Shown one piece after another: positions 34,601 through 42,260 of a stretch of DNA of 48,027 bases. A program made the position numbers and the translations under genes. The notes below the pieces were generated by a model, which saw only the letters and a list, made by a program, of their open reading frames with translations, was not told the DNA's origin and made no database searches. Each line of letters starts with the position of its first letter. The stretch's first letter is position 1. The stretch comes from a virus: IMG/VR virus record IMGVR_UViG_3300027860_000014, one strand, 5' to 3'.

Positions 34601-36236
34601 TAAGAAGTCAGATCCTCGGGTCCAGGGGTCTGAGGTTGCCGCTAATGTATGGGGCCTAGCTAGAGCTATAACTAACGCGGAGGTCTGGAAGGCGACTGCT
34701 CATGCCCTGAAGACCGGTGACGGAAGCTACGTGGGCCCGAACAATCAACGTATTGCGTCCACCTTTGGTGCTAAGATGGGTATGGCCAGAAACCCGGATA
34801 TTCCGGTTGTCAACTTCCCCTCTCGGCTGATCACGGCCCACGACACCTTCTTCAGGTCTGTCGAAATGCAGAGCCAGATGTACGCCTTGGCTGCTCGTCA
34901 GGCCCATGCAGACCTAGTAGCGACTGGCAAGAAATTTAGTTTCGATGATGTGATGGCTCGTGCGGCTAGCTTGGCTCATACTCCGAGCGTTAGTCTTTTA
35001 AACCATGCTATGGAGGAGACCGATAGGACTCTACTTCTAAATAACAACCCGGTTAACTCCTGGATAGACAAAGCTAAGGCTAACTATCCCGGTCAAAAGC
35101 CTATGAGTCGTCTAGGGTCCTTCGTTCTTCAAAACTTAGCCCCATTTATTCGGGTTGAGTCCAATAGCTTGATGAACCGAGTTATTGCTCGTTCCCCTCT
35201 GTTTTTCCTAGATCCTTACACCAGAGCCCAGTTTGCTGCTGGAGGTCCTCAAGCTGACATTGCTGCTGCTAAGGTGGCGTACGGAACAGTCCTGATGGGT
35301 CTTTACTGGATGGCCGCTGACAAGGCGAAGGGTGTACTCACAGGCCCCTATCCAGACAACACCAATAAAGGGAAGGAAATGGAGGCGGGGGGTTGGAGGC
35401 CAGACAGTGTGAAGTCTGGAGACACGTACGAGCGTAACTCCAATCTCGCTATGTCGATCAATCCGTTTGATACACATAACGCCACAGCGTCTATGGTTGC
35501 TGATCTACGTGACAGCTTCGATAAGGGGGCTAATAAGGGATCAGTCGGAACCGGTCTTAAACTTGCTCTCGGGTCCATACTTCATAATATGGCGTCTGAG
35601 TCCTGGATCAATGATGTCGCTCCGACTATTGACGCCCTCACGGCTCGTGGTCAGGACGCGGGCCAAAAGACGGCTAATGTTATTGGCAACGAGGCCAAGT
35701 CTTGGGTGCCCAGCGAACTTGGGCAGATCGCCCGAATGACCTCTAACACTCGTGACACCCGTTCAGACGATGCTAACGGATTTGCCAACATAACGGGCCA
35801 AGCGATCAATGACGTGGCGTCCGCTGTCCCTGGGCTGAACTCCACTCTACCTCCTAGATATTCTGTCTATGGGGACGAGACGCCCACGGGCCAGGGGATT
35901 ATCGGTGTTCACACCCCGTTTGGCGGTGGTAATGAAACACGGGCGACCCAGGATCCGGCTGAACAGGAGCTTGATCGTCTCAACAGTCTGATTCCGTCCG
36001 CCTTGATCACCCCGGTCAGCCGCAATGTGAAGATCGGTGGAGTTCCCACTAAACTCACCATTCGGCAATTCGAAGACTACCAACGCTTGGCGGGTCAGTC
36101 TATTGTTCAAGCTGTTCGCGAACAGATGTCTACTCCCCAGTGGCAACAAATGGACGACCAACAAAAGGTTCTGACTGTCAAGGCTATTGAAAAAGACCAG
36201 AAGAAAGCTAGTAAGGAGTATCTCTATGGACAATGA
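31677..36236 (+). CDS. Giant (1519 aa) internal virion / polyvalent ejection protein with two HExxH motifs
   Basis: HEALGH at 32934-32951 and HETQH at 33681-33695; largest gene in the genome; lies upstream of the lysis cassette. Confidence 0.55.
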   Translation: MPDPFAGIASPVQSAPDPLQGIATPVSTPPAQSDPFAGVASPVQGSAAQPNIIEKGIMGLANSPVVKGLTGSYMQGVTNGLFMQPVRAAMQATDFGGYNEKIRSLYPGQTDDWYNQRVNDLYNSAVSQSRQDAQQQTAHNPYPGHQVGNFLANVVSQPEMLLMGGSGTGATVGARVLSAGVKNAAIGGASDAAAQIMDQATGQKKNFDITQNLANAATGGVAGAAMHGATEFAPVVSDFVKGLFSERGVDTKPPENPTGVTTPTTTNSVQFTPEQATQFKQLLKTGSVDDIKNFLAGHNGPQPSWSDVNQMVQMRDGAGLPDQFTGQQNLNQALDSMISDQQHQLVSDHVAAQTAGWKNAPDIEVVRNPSEIADPAVRQNVVDQSADGSKPLGVFGSDGKVRLFSDNIPDAETANAALFHEALGHNGLTQQFGAGLDRTLQTLTDRNVGKFGDTVDQWMKDNPGAYGGSKVRAAEEVMAEMSQAGALKPSWQQALISKFRQFGRGMGLNLAYSDNEIQHILAMAHDAVINGKAGDARANGFRGTRPSANPVTSNWLNLDGTPPENKFMFTGPKATGFDPMNATEMSTGPRNEISDEGATIKAYPQSGPKTLGDVLDHPDLYAQYPHLRDVPVVHTALREGMDGAYNPKTGRMYISDTLTPENERSTILHETQHAIQDYENYPGARDNDARKAPEYDYDADPHEKEAYATEARQGMTAAERSANPPERFMTRAQLAATPGYVNDDLESVYRSLMDNYVPKQTNWAETRREALDVGFSPSQIKDLKPNELAARTWRVNAAANAALQRIEELNKRIGTPDETVADRQNWLKAVADRDYLVARAMGDASELGRALQIRKAFPSITASSMKQIAEALREHGSGLATLAEDPEKFMKFSQMIKNLMAQGNPKGANVALAGFTKPYFEQYMTSVHFNMMLASLSAQAKAPIDMMTGITRNVIERGVAVPIGLARKTVLTAIGKKSDPRVQGSEVAANVWGLARAITNAEVWKATAHALKTGDGSYVGPNNQRIASTFGAKMGMARNPDIPVVNFPSRLITAHDTFFRSVEMQSQMYALAARQAHADLVATGKKFSFDDVMARAASLAHTPSVSLLNHAMEETDRTLLLNNNPVNSWIDKAKANYPGQKPMSRLGSFVLQNLAPFIRVESNSLMNRVIARSPLFFLDPYTRAQFAAGGPQADIAAAKVAYGTVLMGLYWMAADKAKGVLTGPYPDNTNKGKEMEAGGWRPDSVKSGDTYERNSNLAMSINPFDTHNATASMVADLRDSFDKGANKGSVGTGLKLALGSILHNMASESWINDVAPTIDALTARGQDAGQKTANVIGNEAKSWVPSELGQIARMTSNTRDTRSDDANGFANITGQAINDVASAVPGLNSTLPPRYSVYGDETPTGQGIIGVHTPFGGGNETRATQDPAEQELDRLNSLIPSALITPVSRNVKIGGVPTKLTIRQFEDYQRLAGQSIVQAVREQMSTPQWQQMDDQQKVLTVKAIEKDQKKASKEYLYGQ

Positions 36237-36468
36237 TGTGGTTAGCGAAACTCTTCTGGATCAGCAAAGCCGAATTGCCGCTCTTGAGGCGAACTATCAG
36301 ACTTTGAATAAAGACCTTGAGGAGATTATAGATAGACTGGACGACTTACTTCATCTCAAGTCTAAAGGTATGGGTGCTCTCTGGCTTGTCAGTCTTATTC
36401 TTGGGTCCGGTGTTATCGGGGCTGTGGCTTTTATTGTCAACCTATTTAATCAGAGACCCCATCTGTAA
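36226..36468 (+). CDS. Holin candidate (80 aa, one C-terminal transmembrane helix)
   Basis: AAGGAGtatctctATG. Coiled N-terminus then GALWLVSLILGSGVIGAVAFIVNLF. Directly upstream of the endolysin. Confidence 0.45.
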   Translation: MDNDVVSETLLDQQSRIAALEANYQTLNKDLEEIIDRLDDLLHLKSKGMGALWLVSLILGSGVIGAVAFIVNLFNQRPHL

Positions 36469-37013
36469 TGGCAAAGACAAGCACGGTGGTTAGTGCCACT
36501 GCGGCTGCGGCTGTTCTCGGGGCTGCTATAACCACAATTGTACCGCAGATACAAGTCTTTGAAGGGACTCGTAATGTTGCTTACCGTGACCTGGGTGGTG
36601 TTTTAACGGTCTGTTCAGGCCACACGGGCCCAGACGTTGTGGTCAACAAGGTGTACACGTCGTCTGAGTGCTCTGCTCTAACGTCCGAAGACACAGTTAA
36701 AGCAGCTCAGGGCGTACTAAAGGTTTCCCCTCAACTTCAATATCATCCATTACAGCTTGCGGCGGCGATCAGTTTCAGCTATAATGTGGGTGTGGGGACA
36801 TACGACAAAAGCTCAGTGGCCCGTGATTTTAATAAAGGTGACTTCGGGCAAGCCTGTACGGACCTACTAAAGTACACCTATATTGGTGACACTTATAATG
36901 AGGGTCTTTTTAACAGACGAAAACAGGAGTACGCGATCTGCATCTCAACATTAACCCCAGAAGGACTTTCTAATGTTTCCCTTCCTAGCCCCACTATTAG
37001 CACTAGCAAGTAA
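36468..37013 (+). CDS. Endolysin, GH24 lysozyme with a signal-anchor-release (SAR)-like N-terminus
   Basis: E-x8-D-x5-T catalytic spacing in FEGTRNVAYRDLGGVLTVCSGHT. Ala/Gly/Thr-rich N-terminal STVVSATAAAAVLGAAITTIV. Confidence 0.85.
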   Translation: MAKTSTVVSATAAAAVLGAAITTIVPQIQVFEGTRNVAYRDLGGVLTVCSGHTGPDVVVNKVYTSSECSALTSEDTVKAAQGVLKVSPQLQYHPLQLAAAISFSYNVGVGTYDKSSVARDFNKGDFGQACTDLLKYTYIGDTYNEGLFNRRKQEYAICISTLTPEGLSNVSLPSPTISTSK

Positions 37014-37632
37014 ACTTCCCGCGATTATGGGACCGGTTATGGGGGCTTTAACCGGAATTAACTTTCAAGCCATCGGTACTTGGATTGCCACTAATTGGCG
37101 GTTTATTCTTCCGATTGTCTTGATCCTTGTTATAGTCGGTGAAAGCTACGGCTGGCACCATGAGCATTCGCTTCTTGTCTCTGAGAAGGCGAGTCATGCT
37201 TTAGACATTAAAAACTACAGAGACGCTCAAGCAAAGGCAACCGCAGATGCGGAAGCCGACAAACTCGCACTAGAAGAAAAGGCAAAAGCAGATGCAAAAC
37301 AAGCTGATGCTAATTATGCCGCTCTGCTTGCTAAGTATCGCGCTAATCTCGTGCGCTTCAAAGCCGCTCAAAGTAGAGCCAGCAAAGCCAGTAATAGTCA
37401 ACTTCCAGCCCCCCAAAGCGGCAACGGATCCAGTCCAAGTACCAACGTTCCTACAGCCGGATCTGATCAAGTAGTCATCTCTATGGAGGACGCTCAAGTC
37501 TGTGCAGCCAATACGGCTCGTCTCAAGGCGGTGCAGGAGTGGGCCAATCAACTAAAAGACGCAAAGAAGGATGAAAACAAAAGTGAAGATGGTGACACCA
37601 AACTACAGTCAACGGACCCCAGTGTTCAATGA
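36973..37632 (+). CDS. i-spanin (Rz-like)
   Basis: N-terminal transmembrane segment, Ala/Lys/Glu-rich coiled periplasmic domain, and an embedded lipoprotein ORF. Confidence 0.6.
   Translation: MFPFLAPLLALASKLPAIMGPVMGALTGINFQAIGTWIATNWRFILPIVLILVIVGESYGWHHEHSLLVSEKASHALDIKNYRDAQAKATADAEADKLALEEKAKADAKQADANYAALLAKYRANLVRFKAAQSRASKASNSQLPAPQSGNGSSPSTNVPTAGSDQVVISMEDAQVCAANTARLKAVQEWANQLKDAKKDENKSEDGDTKLQSTDPSVQ
37292..37474 (+). CDS. o-spanin (Rz1-like lipoprotein) embedded in the +1 frame of the i-spanin gene
   Basis: Lipobox LISC in MQNKLMLIMPLCLLSIALISCASKP; the mature part is Pro-rich. Confidence 0.7.
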   Translation: MQNKLMLIMPLCLLSIALISCASKPLKVEPAKPVIVNFQPPKAATDPVQVPTFLQPDLIK

Positions 37633-37810
37633 CAGTAACTACACGGATTCCCGGCCGAGCTTAGGGTCTTCCAATGCCACGTTTAACCCGGGAAATGCTA
37701 GCCAGGCTGGTCCACTACCCAAAGGTCCCCCCAAGTACATCAATGCGGGCGGTGGGCGATCCAGGAACCTGGCCCAAGGACTTACCAACAAGCGATATCA
37801 ATACAACTAA
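37589..37810 (+). CDS. Hypothetical protein (start uncertain)
   Basis: ORF ending in a double stop taataa just before the ribosome-binding site of the next ORF. No motif recognised. Confidence 0.25.
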   Translation: MVTPNYSQRTPVFNDSNYTDSRPSLGSSNATFNPGNASQAGPLPKGPPKYINAGGGRSRNLAQGLTNKRYQYN

Positions 37811-37826
37811 TAAGGAGACTAGAACT

Positions 37827-37937
37827 ATGGCTAAAATGAAAATGGGCAAAGGTAAACCGACTAGCCCACCCGCCTCGAATTCCAAGGGCGGCGTAATCCC
37901 CAAGAACACTCGCCCATTTAATAAGAAGGGCAAGTAA
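37827..37937 (+). CDS. Very basic 36-aa peptide, below the ORF-track cutoff
   Basis: AAGGAGactagaactATG. Product MAKMKMGKGKPTSPPASNSKGGVIPKNTRPFNKKGK. Last plus-strand ORF before the terminator. Confidence 0.45.
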   Translation: MAKMKMGKGKPTSPPASNSKGGVIPKNTRPFNKKGK

Positions 37938-37938
37938 C

Positions 37939-37978
37939 AAAAAAAAGGCCATCCAGGAGAAATCCCAGATGGCCTTTT
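37939..37978. terminator. Bidirectional rho-independent terminator at the convergent junction
   Basis: A8-GGCCATC-ca-GGA-GAAA-TCC-ca-GATGGCC-T4. It reads as a hairpin plus T8 on the minus strand and sits between the last plus-strand ORF and the RNR gene stop. Confidence 0.8.
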
Positions 37979-37987
37979 CCATGTCTA

Positions 37988-39862
37988 CTAGACAATCTCA
38001 CAGAACCCAGCGGCACATGCGTACTCTTGTGTACCTGTAGTATTGTCTTCTTTTTCATAGTCAGCTAGTTTGCTCCAGTCGATACTCTGGGGCATTTTTT
38101 GTATCCACTCTTCGTACTCTTTAGCCCCAATCTCCTGATAGGGTGCTTGTCGGTACGTATGTTCAGAATAAGGGAGAAAACTCACACCCGAAAGTGTGGC
38201 GAAATTCTCGAATACATGCGCACCGACTGAGAGCCATTCATCCTCACGGACGCTGATAGTAACAGAGGGTTTGTGCTCACAATAGTGATGTTGGACACGT
38301 TGCCAGAGTTCCAGATGCTTGACGGCGCTGAGGTCAGATCGTGTAACGGCCCCATCTGGAGCTTTTTGTGGGAAACTGAAGACAACAGTGTCATCGGGCT
38401 TGGTGACGTCTGGCTCATTTGGAATGCCCTGATCAATCATAAACTTGGTTATGGGGTCTTTCTTGTCTCCTCGTACAGTTCGAATATAGTACCGAGAATG
38501 CCGAGGATGAAGGCCGCTAGCGCTGTCCACCAACTGGCTGACCGTACCGGAAGGTTTAACACAAGTGATAGCGACAGAAGGTCGTATCCCGAGCATATCA
38601 GCGTATTTTTTATTCGTGGCAATGGCCACCTCTTTCAAATGACTCAGCCATCGGGGTGACTCTACGAGATCGGGGTGATCAAGAATTCCGGTGAGGGACA
38701 CTCCGAGTAAACGTTCGGCTTCGGTGTTCCGTTTCCAGATGGGACGTAGATATTTAAAGTCAGTAAGCGTGGATTGAAAAGTTCCAAGTATTGTTGCAAG
38801 TCTAACTTTTCGTTCCAGATCCTGAAGATTATCTCCAGCTCGCACGACGACTTCTGATAGATTACAGAACTGATTCGGTCGAAGAATGATTTCAGAACAG
38901 GGATTTGTTCCAAACTCGAAATCAGGGTCTCTGCGTCCGCCTCTGACCACTTGTAAGACAGACGCTTCGCGATTAAATATTCCTCGCTCCCCACTTTTGC
39001 TCTCGTACAGAGACTGCCACTCTCGAAGAAATTCTCCGACGGTTGGTCGTCCCATGTACACAGCGCTGTTATTAGAAAGTCCCCTTTGGGGATTGTCGTG
39101 GTACCACTCGCCATGTTTAGCATCTCTCATTTTCCCATCTTCAAGATCACTCAGGGAGATCATTGCGGATCGTCTGACCCCACCCACAACAACGACATCG
39201 GCGATCTTGCACATGATGTCATGGCACTCAAGGCTCGTTAACTGACGCCCTCTTGCACCATCAAAGACCCTACATATGAATTTAAATAAATCAACCAATG
39301 GCTCAGGGCCCGAAGCTCTGCCACCGAAGGTCTTGAGTCTGGCTCCCGCAGGTCTAACTCTAGAAGTGTCCCATTGGACAGAATGACCTTGATATAGCGA
39401 AGTGATAAGTCGTCTGAGACTAGAAGCCCATCCTTCTTTCGAGTCGGGGACTTCGATTTGAGTGCATTGCCCGCTATTGCCACCGGCCACTCTTGGGAGC
39501 TGCTCGACATACTTCTTCTCCACACTAAAACCAACACCAGTACCACACATTAAAATGTACATGGTCTCGTCAAAGGCCCTATAATCGTCCACAGTCAGGT
39601 ACGCACAATTATATCCCGCCACGTGATTTCGGTCCAGGGCGGGTCCGGCGGTCATCAAGCAGCGCATCGAGGGCATGACTTCTAGGTTGACGATTGCTTT
39701 GTAAATCTCATCCCAGAACTCGGTGTCTTGGGTCTTAGTGTGATAGGCCATCCAATTACAGTATCGGCCCACGACCTCTTCCCACGTCTCTCGTCGACCC
39801 TGATCTTCAAGCCATCGAGAGTAGCGGCTGTACGCTATGAACTTCTGATAATCATTCATCAT
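37988..39862 (-). CDS. nrdJ: Class II (adenosylcobalamin-dependent) ribonucleotide reductase
   Basis: 624 aa. GTGVGFSVE, GGRASGPEPL, GGVRRSAMISLSDL, the TNPCSEI active-site Cys and a C-terminal CAAGFC redox pair. Confidence 0.88.
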   Translation of the reverse strand: MMNDYQKFIAYSRYSRWLEDQGRRETWEEVVGRYCNWMAYHTKTQDTEFWDEIYKAIVNLEVMPSMRCLMTAGPALDRNHVAGYNCAYLTVDDYRAFDETMYILMCGTGVGFSVEKKYVEQLPRVAGGNSGQCTQIEVPDSKEGWASSLRRLITSLYQGHSVQWDTSRVRPAGARLKTFGGRASGPEPLVDLFKFICRVFDGARGRQLTSLECHDIMCKIADVVVVGGVRRSAMISLSDLEDGKMRDAKHGEWYHDNPQRGLSNNSAVYMGRPTVGEFLREWQSLYESKSGERGIFNREASVLQVVRGGRRDPDFEFGTNPCSEIILRPNQFCNLSEVVVRAGDNLQDLERKVRLATILGTFQSTLTDFKYLRPIWKRNTEAERLLGVSLTGILDHPDLVESPRWLSHLKEVAIATNKKYADMLGIRPSVAITCVKPSGTVSQLVDSASGLHPRHSRYYIRTVRGDKKDPITKFMIDQGIPNEPDVTKPDDTVVFSFPQKAPDGAVTRSDLSAVKHLELWQRVQHHYCEHKPSVTISVREDEWLSVGAHVFENFATLSGVSFLPYSEHTYRQAPYQEIGAKEYEEWIQKMPQSIDWSKLADYEKEDNTTGTQEYACAAGFCEIV

Positions 39863-40055
39863 CAGGGGGAAATCGTTCCTTCAGTGTATCATAATCAATA
39901 AGATTTTCTTTCCTAAGATAGGAGACAACGTTCTTTCCCGTCTCTTCGTCCAGTTCACACATATAAGATATGTTCTCTAGCAATCTGTCATAGACACTAG
40001 CCATCTGCATCTTCTCCATAGTCTCTTGACTCAAAATAGTCCGAGGTGCCCTCAA
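39852..40055 (-). CDS. Hypothetical protein (67 aa or less; internal starts possible)
   Basis: ORF only. Confidence 0.4.
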   Translation of the reverse strand: MRAPRTILSQETMEKMQMASVYDRLLENISYMCELDEETGKNVVSYLRKENLIDYDTLKERFPPDDE

Positions 40056-40185
40056 TAAACTTATAGGTGTCTCGGACTATTCGTTGATGGTATTTAGGTG
40101 TCATCAGGTCCCGAGCAATATGGTTTCGTCTCCTCTGGGCTCTTCGTTCTTTTTCACTAAAACTATTCATTCCCCGTCTTGTCAT
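39997..40185 (-). CDS. Hypothetical basic protein (57-62 aa)
   Basis: ORF with an alternative ATG at 40170. Confidence 0.4.
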   Translation of the reverse strand: MTRRGMNSFSEKERRAQRRRNHIARDLMTPKYHQRIVRDTYKFIEGTSDYFESRDYGEDADG

Positions 40186-40348
40186 CAGAAGTCCAATACC
40201 TAGAGCACTTTAACGCTAATTCGATATCTTTTTCAGGGTAACCGTGATTTTCAAGTTGTTGTCTGTAGGTGATAGAGTCGTCCCGTGGGGCGGGAAAACC
40301 ATATAGCCAACCTCCCGGTGGGTCTACCATTAATCTTGGCTCACTCAT
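40163..40348 (-). CDS. Hypothetical protein (61 aa)
   Basis: ORF only. Confidence 0.45.
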   Translation of the reverse strand: MSEPRLMVDPPGGWLYGFPAPRDDSITYRQQLENHGYPEKDIELALKCSRYWTSDDKTGNE

Positions 40349-40523
40349 CTCTTACAATCTCGGCGTAATTCACCCTAGATGCTGGGTAGAATGTATCATG
40401 ATACCAAAACCCAACATTACAGATCTCTACACACTGCTTACGCAGAATTTGTTCCGGATCCCCTTCAAAGGAAGCTATTGGAATTTCCATCTGCCCCATA
40501 TCAGTTGATACTGTCACGTACAT
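40341..40523 (-). CDS. Hypothetical protein (60 aa)
   Basis: Start chosen at MYVTVSTD (GGAGcaacgtaATG); the track ORF extends to 40592. Confidence 0.45.
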   Translation of the reverse strand: MYVTVSTDMGQMEIPIASFEGDPEQILRKQCVEICNVGFWYHDTFYPASRVNYAEIVRDE

Positions 40524-40815
40524 TACGTTGCTCCTCAAGCAATTGAAGTTGTGCCAGAGCCCTCCAGGCCACAGCACATGCGTGATACTCATCAGTACTG
40601 GGATCTATCTGATCGAAGTCCATTTGATGTCGGACAATACAATCCCCGTGATCATCTGACTTGTCTCTGGCCCAATGAAGGGGCTCACCGGGGTTATGTT
40701 TGTCATTCCCCTTTTTAGACAGTCGACCAACAGCAGCGATGGCATCAGGAAAATAGCGAAGCACTCCAGTAAAAATCGGTGTGGACTTTCGTGCTTCGCT
40801 ATTAGTATCAAGCAT
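40501..40815 (-). CDS. dATP/dGTP pyrophosphohydrolase-like domain protein (DUF5664-like)
   Basis: The pattern FTGVLRYFPDAIAAVGRLSKKGNDKHNPGEPLHWARDKS..CIVRHQMDF..HACAVAWRALAQLQL is recalled from that family. Not searched. Confidence 0.4.
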   Translation of the reverse strand: MLDTNSEARKSTPIFTGVLRYFPDAIAAVGRLSKKGNDKHNPGEPLHWARDKSDDHGDCIVRHQMDFDQIDPSTDEYHACAVAWRALAQLQLLEEQRNVRDSIN

Positions 40816-41056
40816 TCTTAGTCAGAGTGTACTGCAATGTGTAACCCAGGGCGTCCACAACCCTCTGTGACATCCGTAGAGCAACCTCCACAGCGGCAAC
40901 AAGAGTTGGTTCAGACCCGTCCGTAATAGCAGTTGTGGCACTGGCTTTAAATGCCCCTAGATCGGCTTCAACCTTGGCAGCAATACGTGCTTCTTCAGCT
41001 TTGGCCGCTTCTTCCGCCTCTTTAAAGAGGTCTTCTGTAGTTGTTCCTTCGATCAT
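40808..41056 (-). CDS. Hypothetical Ala/Glu-rich protein (82 aa)
   Basis: Start at MIEGTTTEDLF with a GGAGGAtttagaATG ribosome-binding site, ATGA-coupled to the upstream small ORF. Confidence 0.5.
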   Translation of the reverse strand: MIEGTTTEDLFKEAEEAAKAEEARIAAKVEADLGAFKASATTAITDGSEPTLVAAVEVALRMSQRVVDALGYTLQYTLTKNA

Positions 41057-41208
41057 TCTAAATCCTCCGGGGTTAATTCCAAACATTCTTCAAAGAATCT
41101 GTCAAATATGTCTTCTGTTTTGAGACAAAGAAGTTCAACCAACTCCTCAGCCGTTAGACGGTCACAGACAATCTTCCGCCACTCGTCGATCCTATTGCTA
41201 TCCAACAT
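41053..41208 (-). CDS. Small acidic ORF (51 aa), below the ORF-track cutoff
   Basis: MLDSNRIDEWRKIVCDRLTAEELVELLCLKTEDIFDRFFEECLELTPEDLE. Overlaps the exonuclease stop and is ATGA-coupled downstream. Confidence 0.55.
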   Translation of the reverse strand: MLDSNRIDEWRKIVCDRLTAEELVELLCLKTEDIFDRFFEECLELTPEDLE

Positions 41209-41914
41209 CGACCTTCGTACGCGATCCTAGGCTCCAAGAACCACAGTCTTGACACTGTAACCTCTGTGTCTTAAAGAACTTGGTTCGCCTATACCCTCTG
41301 TATTGAAAATGATTGGACCCGCAATTACCGCAAGATCCGACTTGATCACCTAGATGAGGATGGTTCTCAATAAATGGCTTGACACGATTGTACAGATTGA
41401 CAAGAAGTTTAACGTCCTGAATATTGTACTTCCTCATTCGTGTCTGAGCTTTTGTGTCTCCATCCATGACAAGACGCCATAGTCGGAAACCCTCATGCTT
41501 CATCTTGCCGCCCACTTCGAGTAACGGCCCGATGTAGGCTAGGCGATTCATCACAAACCCGAACTTCTTCACAACCTTAATCAGGTCGATAGAGGTGATT
41601 GGACCGGGCGGAGGAAGACCCGCAAGTACGATAGTCCCTCGAAGTTTGGGAATGTCATACTTATCGCCATTGTAAGTGACGACCGCCTCAGCCTCATTAA
41701 GAAGATCGAGGGCCGCCTGGGCCATTCCACCAATCCCATGTTCCCAGTCTGAGAAGAACATGTACTCTTTGCTGCCGTACCAATGAGCACAGAAGCAAAG
41801 AAGACCGCCCTCATCAACAAGTTGATCTGGACTGATGTTCTCGTCCCACATTTTCCACACGTACGCAAGAGCGGGTTTCCACTCCACATCAATGCAGAGA
41901 ACTTTACTACTCAT
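41198..41914 (-). CDS. DEDDy-type 3'-5' exonuclease with a C-terminal zinc ribbon
   Basis: CIDVEW (Exo I), YNGDKYDIP (Exo II), YNIQDV (Exo III), CGNCG..CQDCG. Confidence 0.7.
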   Translation of the reverse strand: MSSKVLCIDVEWKPALAYVWKMWDENISPDQLVDEGGLLCFCAHWYGSKEYMFFSDWEHGIGGMAQAALDLLNEAEAVVTYNGDKYDIPKLRGTIVLAGLPPPGPITSIDLIKVVKKFGFVMNRLAYIGPLLEVGGKMKHEGFRLWRLVMDGDTKAQTRMRKYNIQDVKLLVNLYNRVKPFIENHPHLGDQVGSCGNCGSNHFQYRGYRRTKFFKTQRLQCQDCGSWSLGSRTKVDVG

Positions 41915-42260
41915 TCAACCAACTTTCCGGTATTCGGGCTTCGGCGTACGGAAATCCATTTCGCTCTGCCCACTGACCATGTGTCTGTTTAGTCCCGGGT
42001 ATCTTTTTATCATTCTGCATAAAGACAAATCTTAAGTCTAATTCAGGATGCTGTTTCTTTACTGCAACCATTTTACGTTTACTCTCACGGTCAAGAAGAC
42101 CCTTAGCCTCAATAAGAATACCCGAGCGGACCAGAAGAAAGTCAGGATTGTACTCGCCCTGAAGCGTGTAGTCGATCTTCTGAGCCTCGTATTTCCAGTC
42201 TATTTGGGCTGCATTGAGCTGAGCGGCAAGAGTACGTTCGAACCCGCTCTTAAACGCCAT
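41907..42260 (-). CDS. T7 endonuclease I-like Holliday junction resolvase
   Basis: SGFERTLAAQL..YNPDFLLVRSGILIEAKG..KQHPELDLRFVF parallels T7 gp3 (PDFLLPNGIFVETKG..REQHPELDIRIVF). Confidence 0.85.
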   Translation of the reverse strand: MAFKSGFERTLAAQLNAAQIDWKYEAQKIDYTLQGEYNPDFLLVRSGILIEAKGLLDRESKRKMVAVKKQHPELDLRFVFMQNDKKIPGTKQTHGQWAERNGFPYAEARIPESWLNE

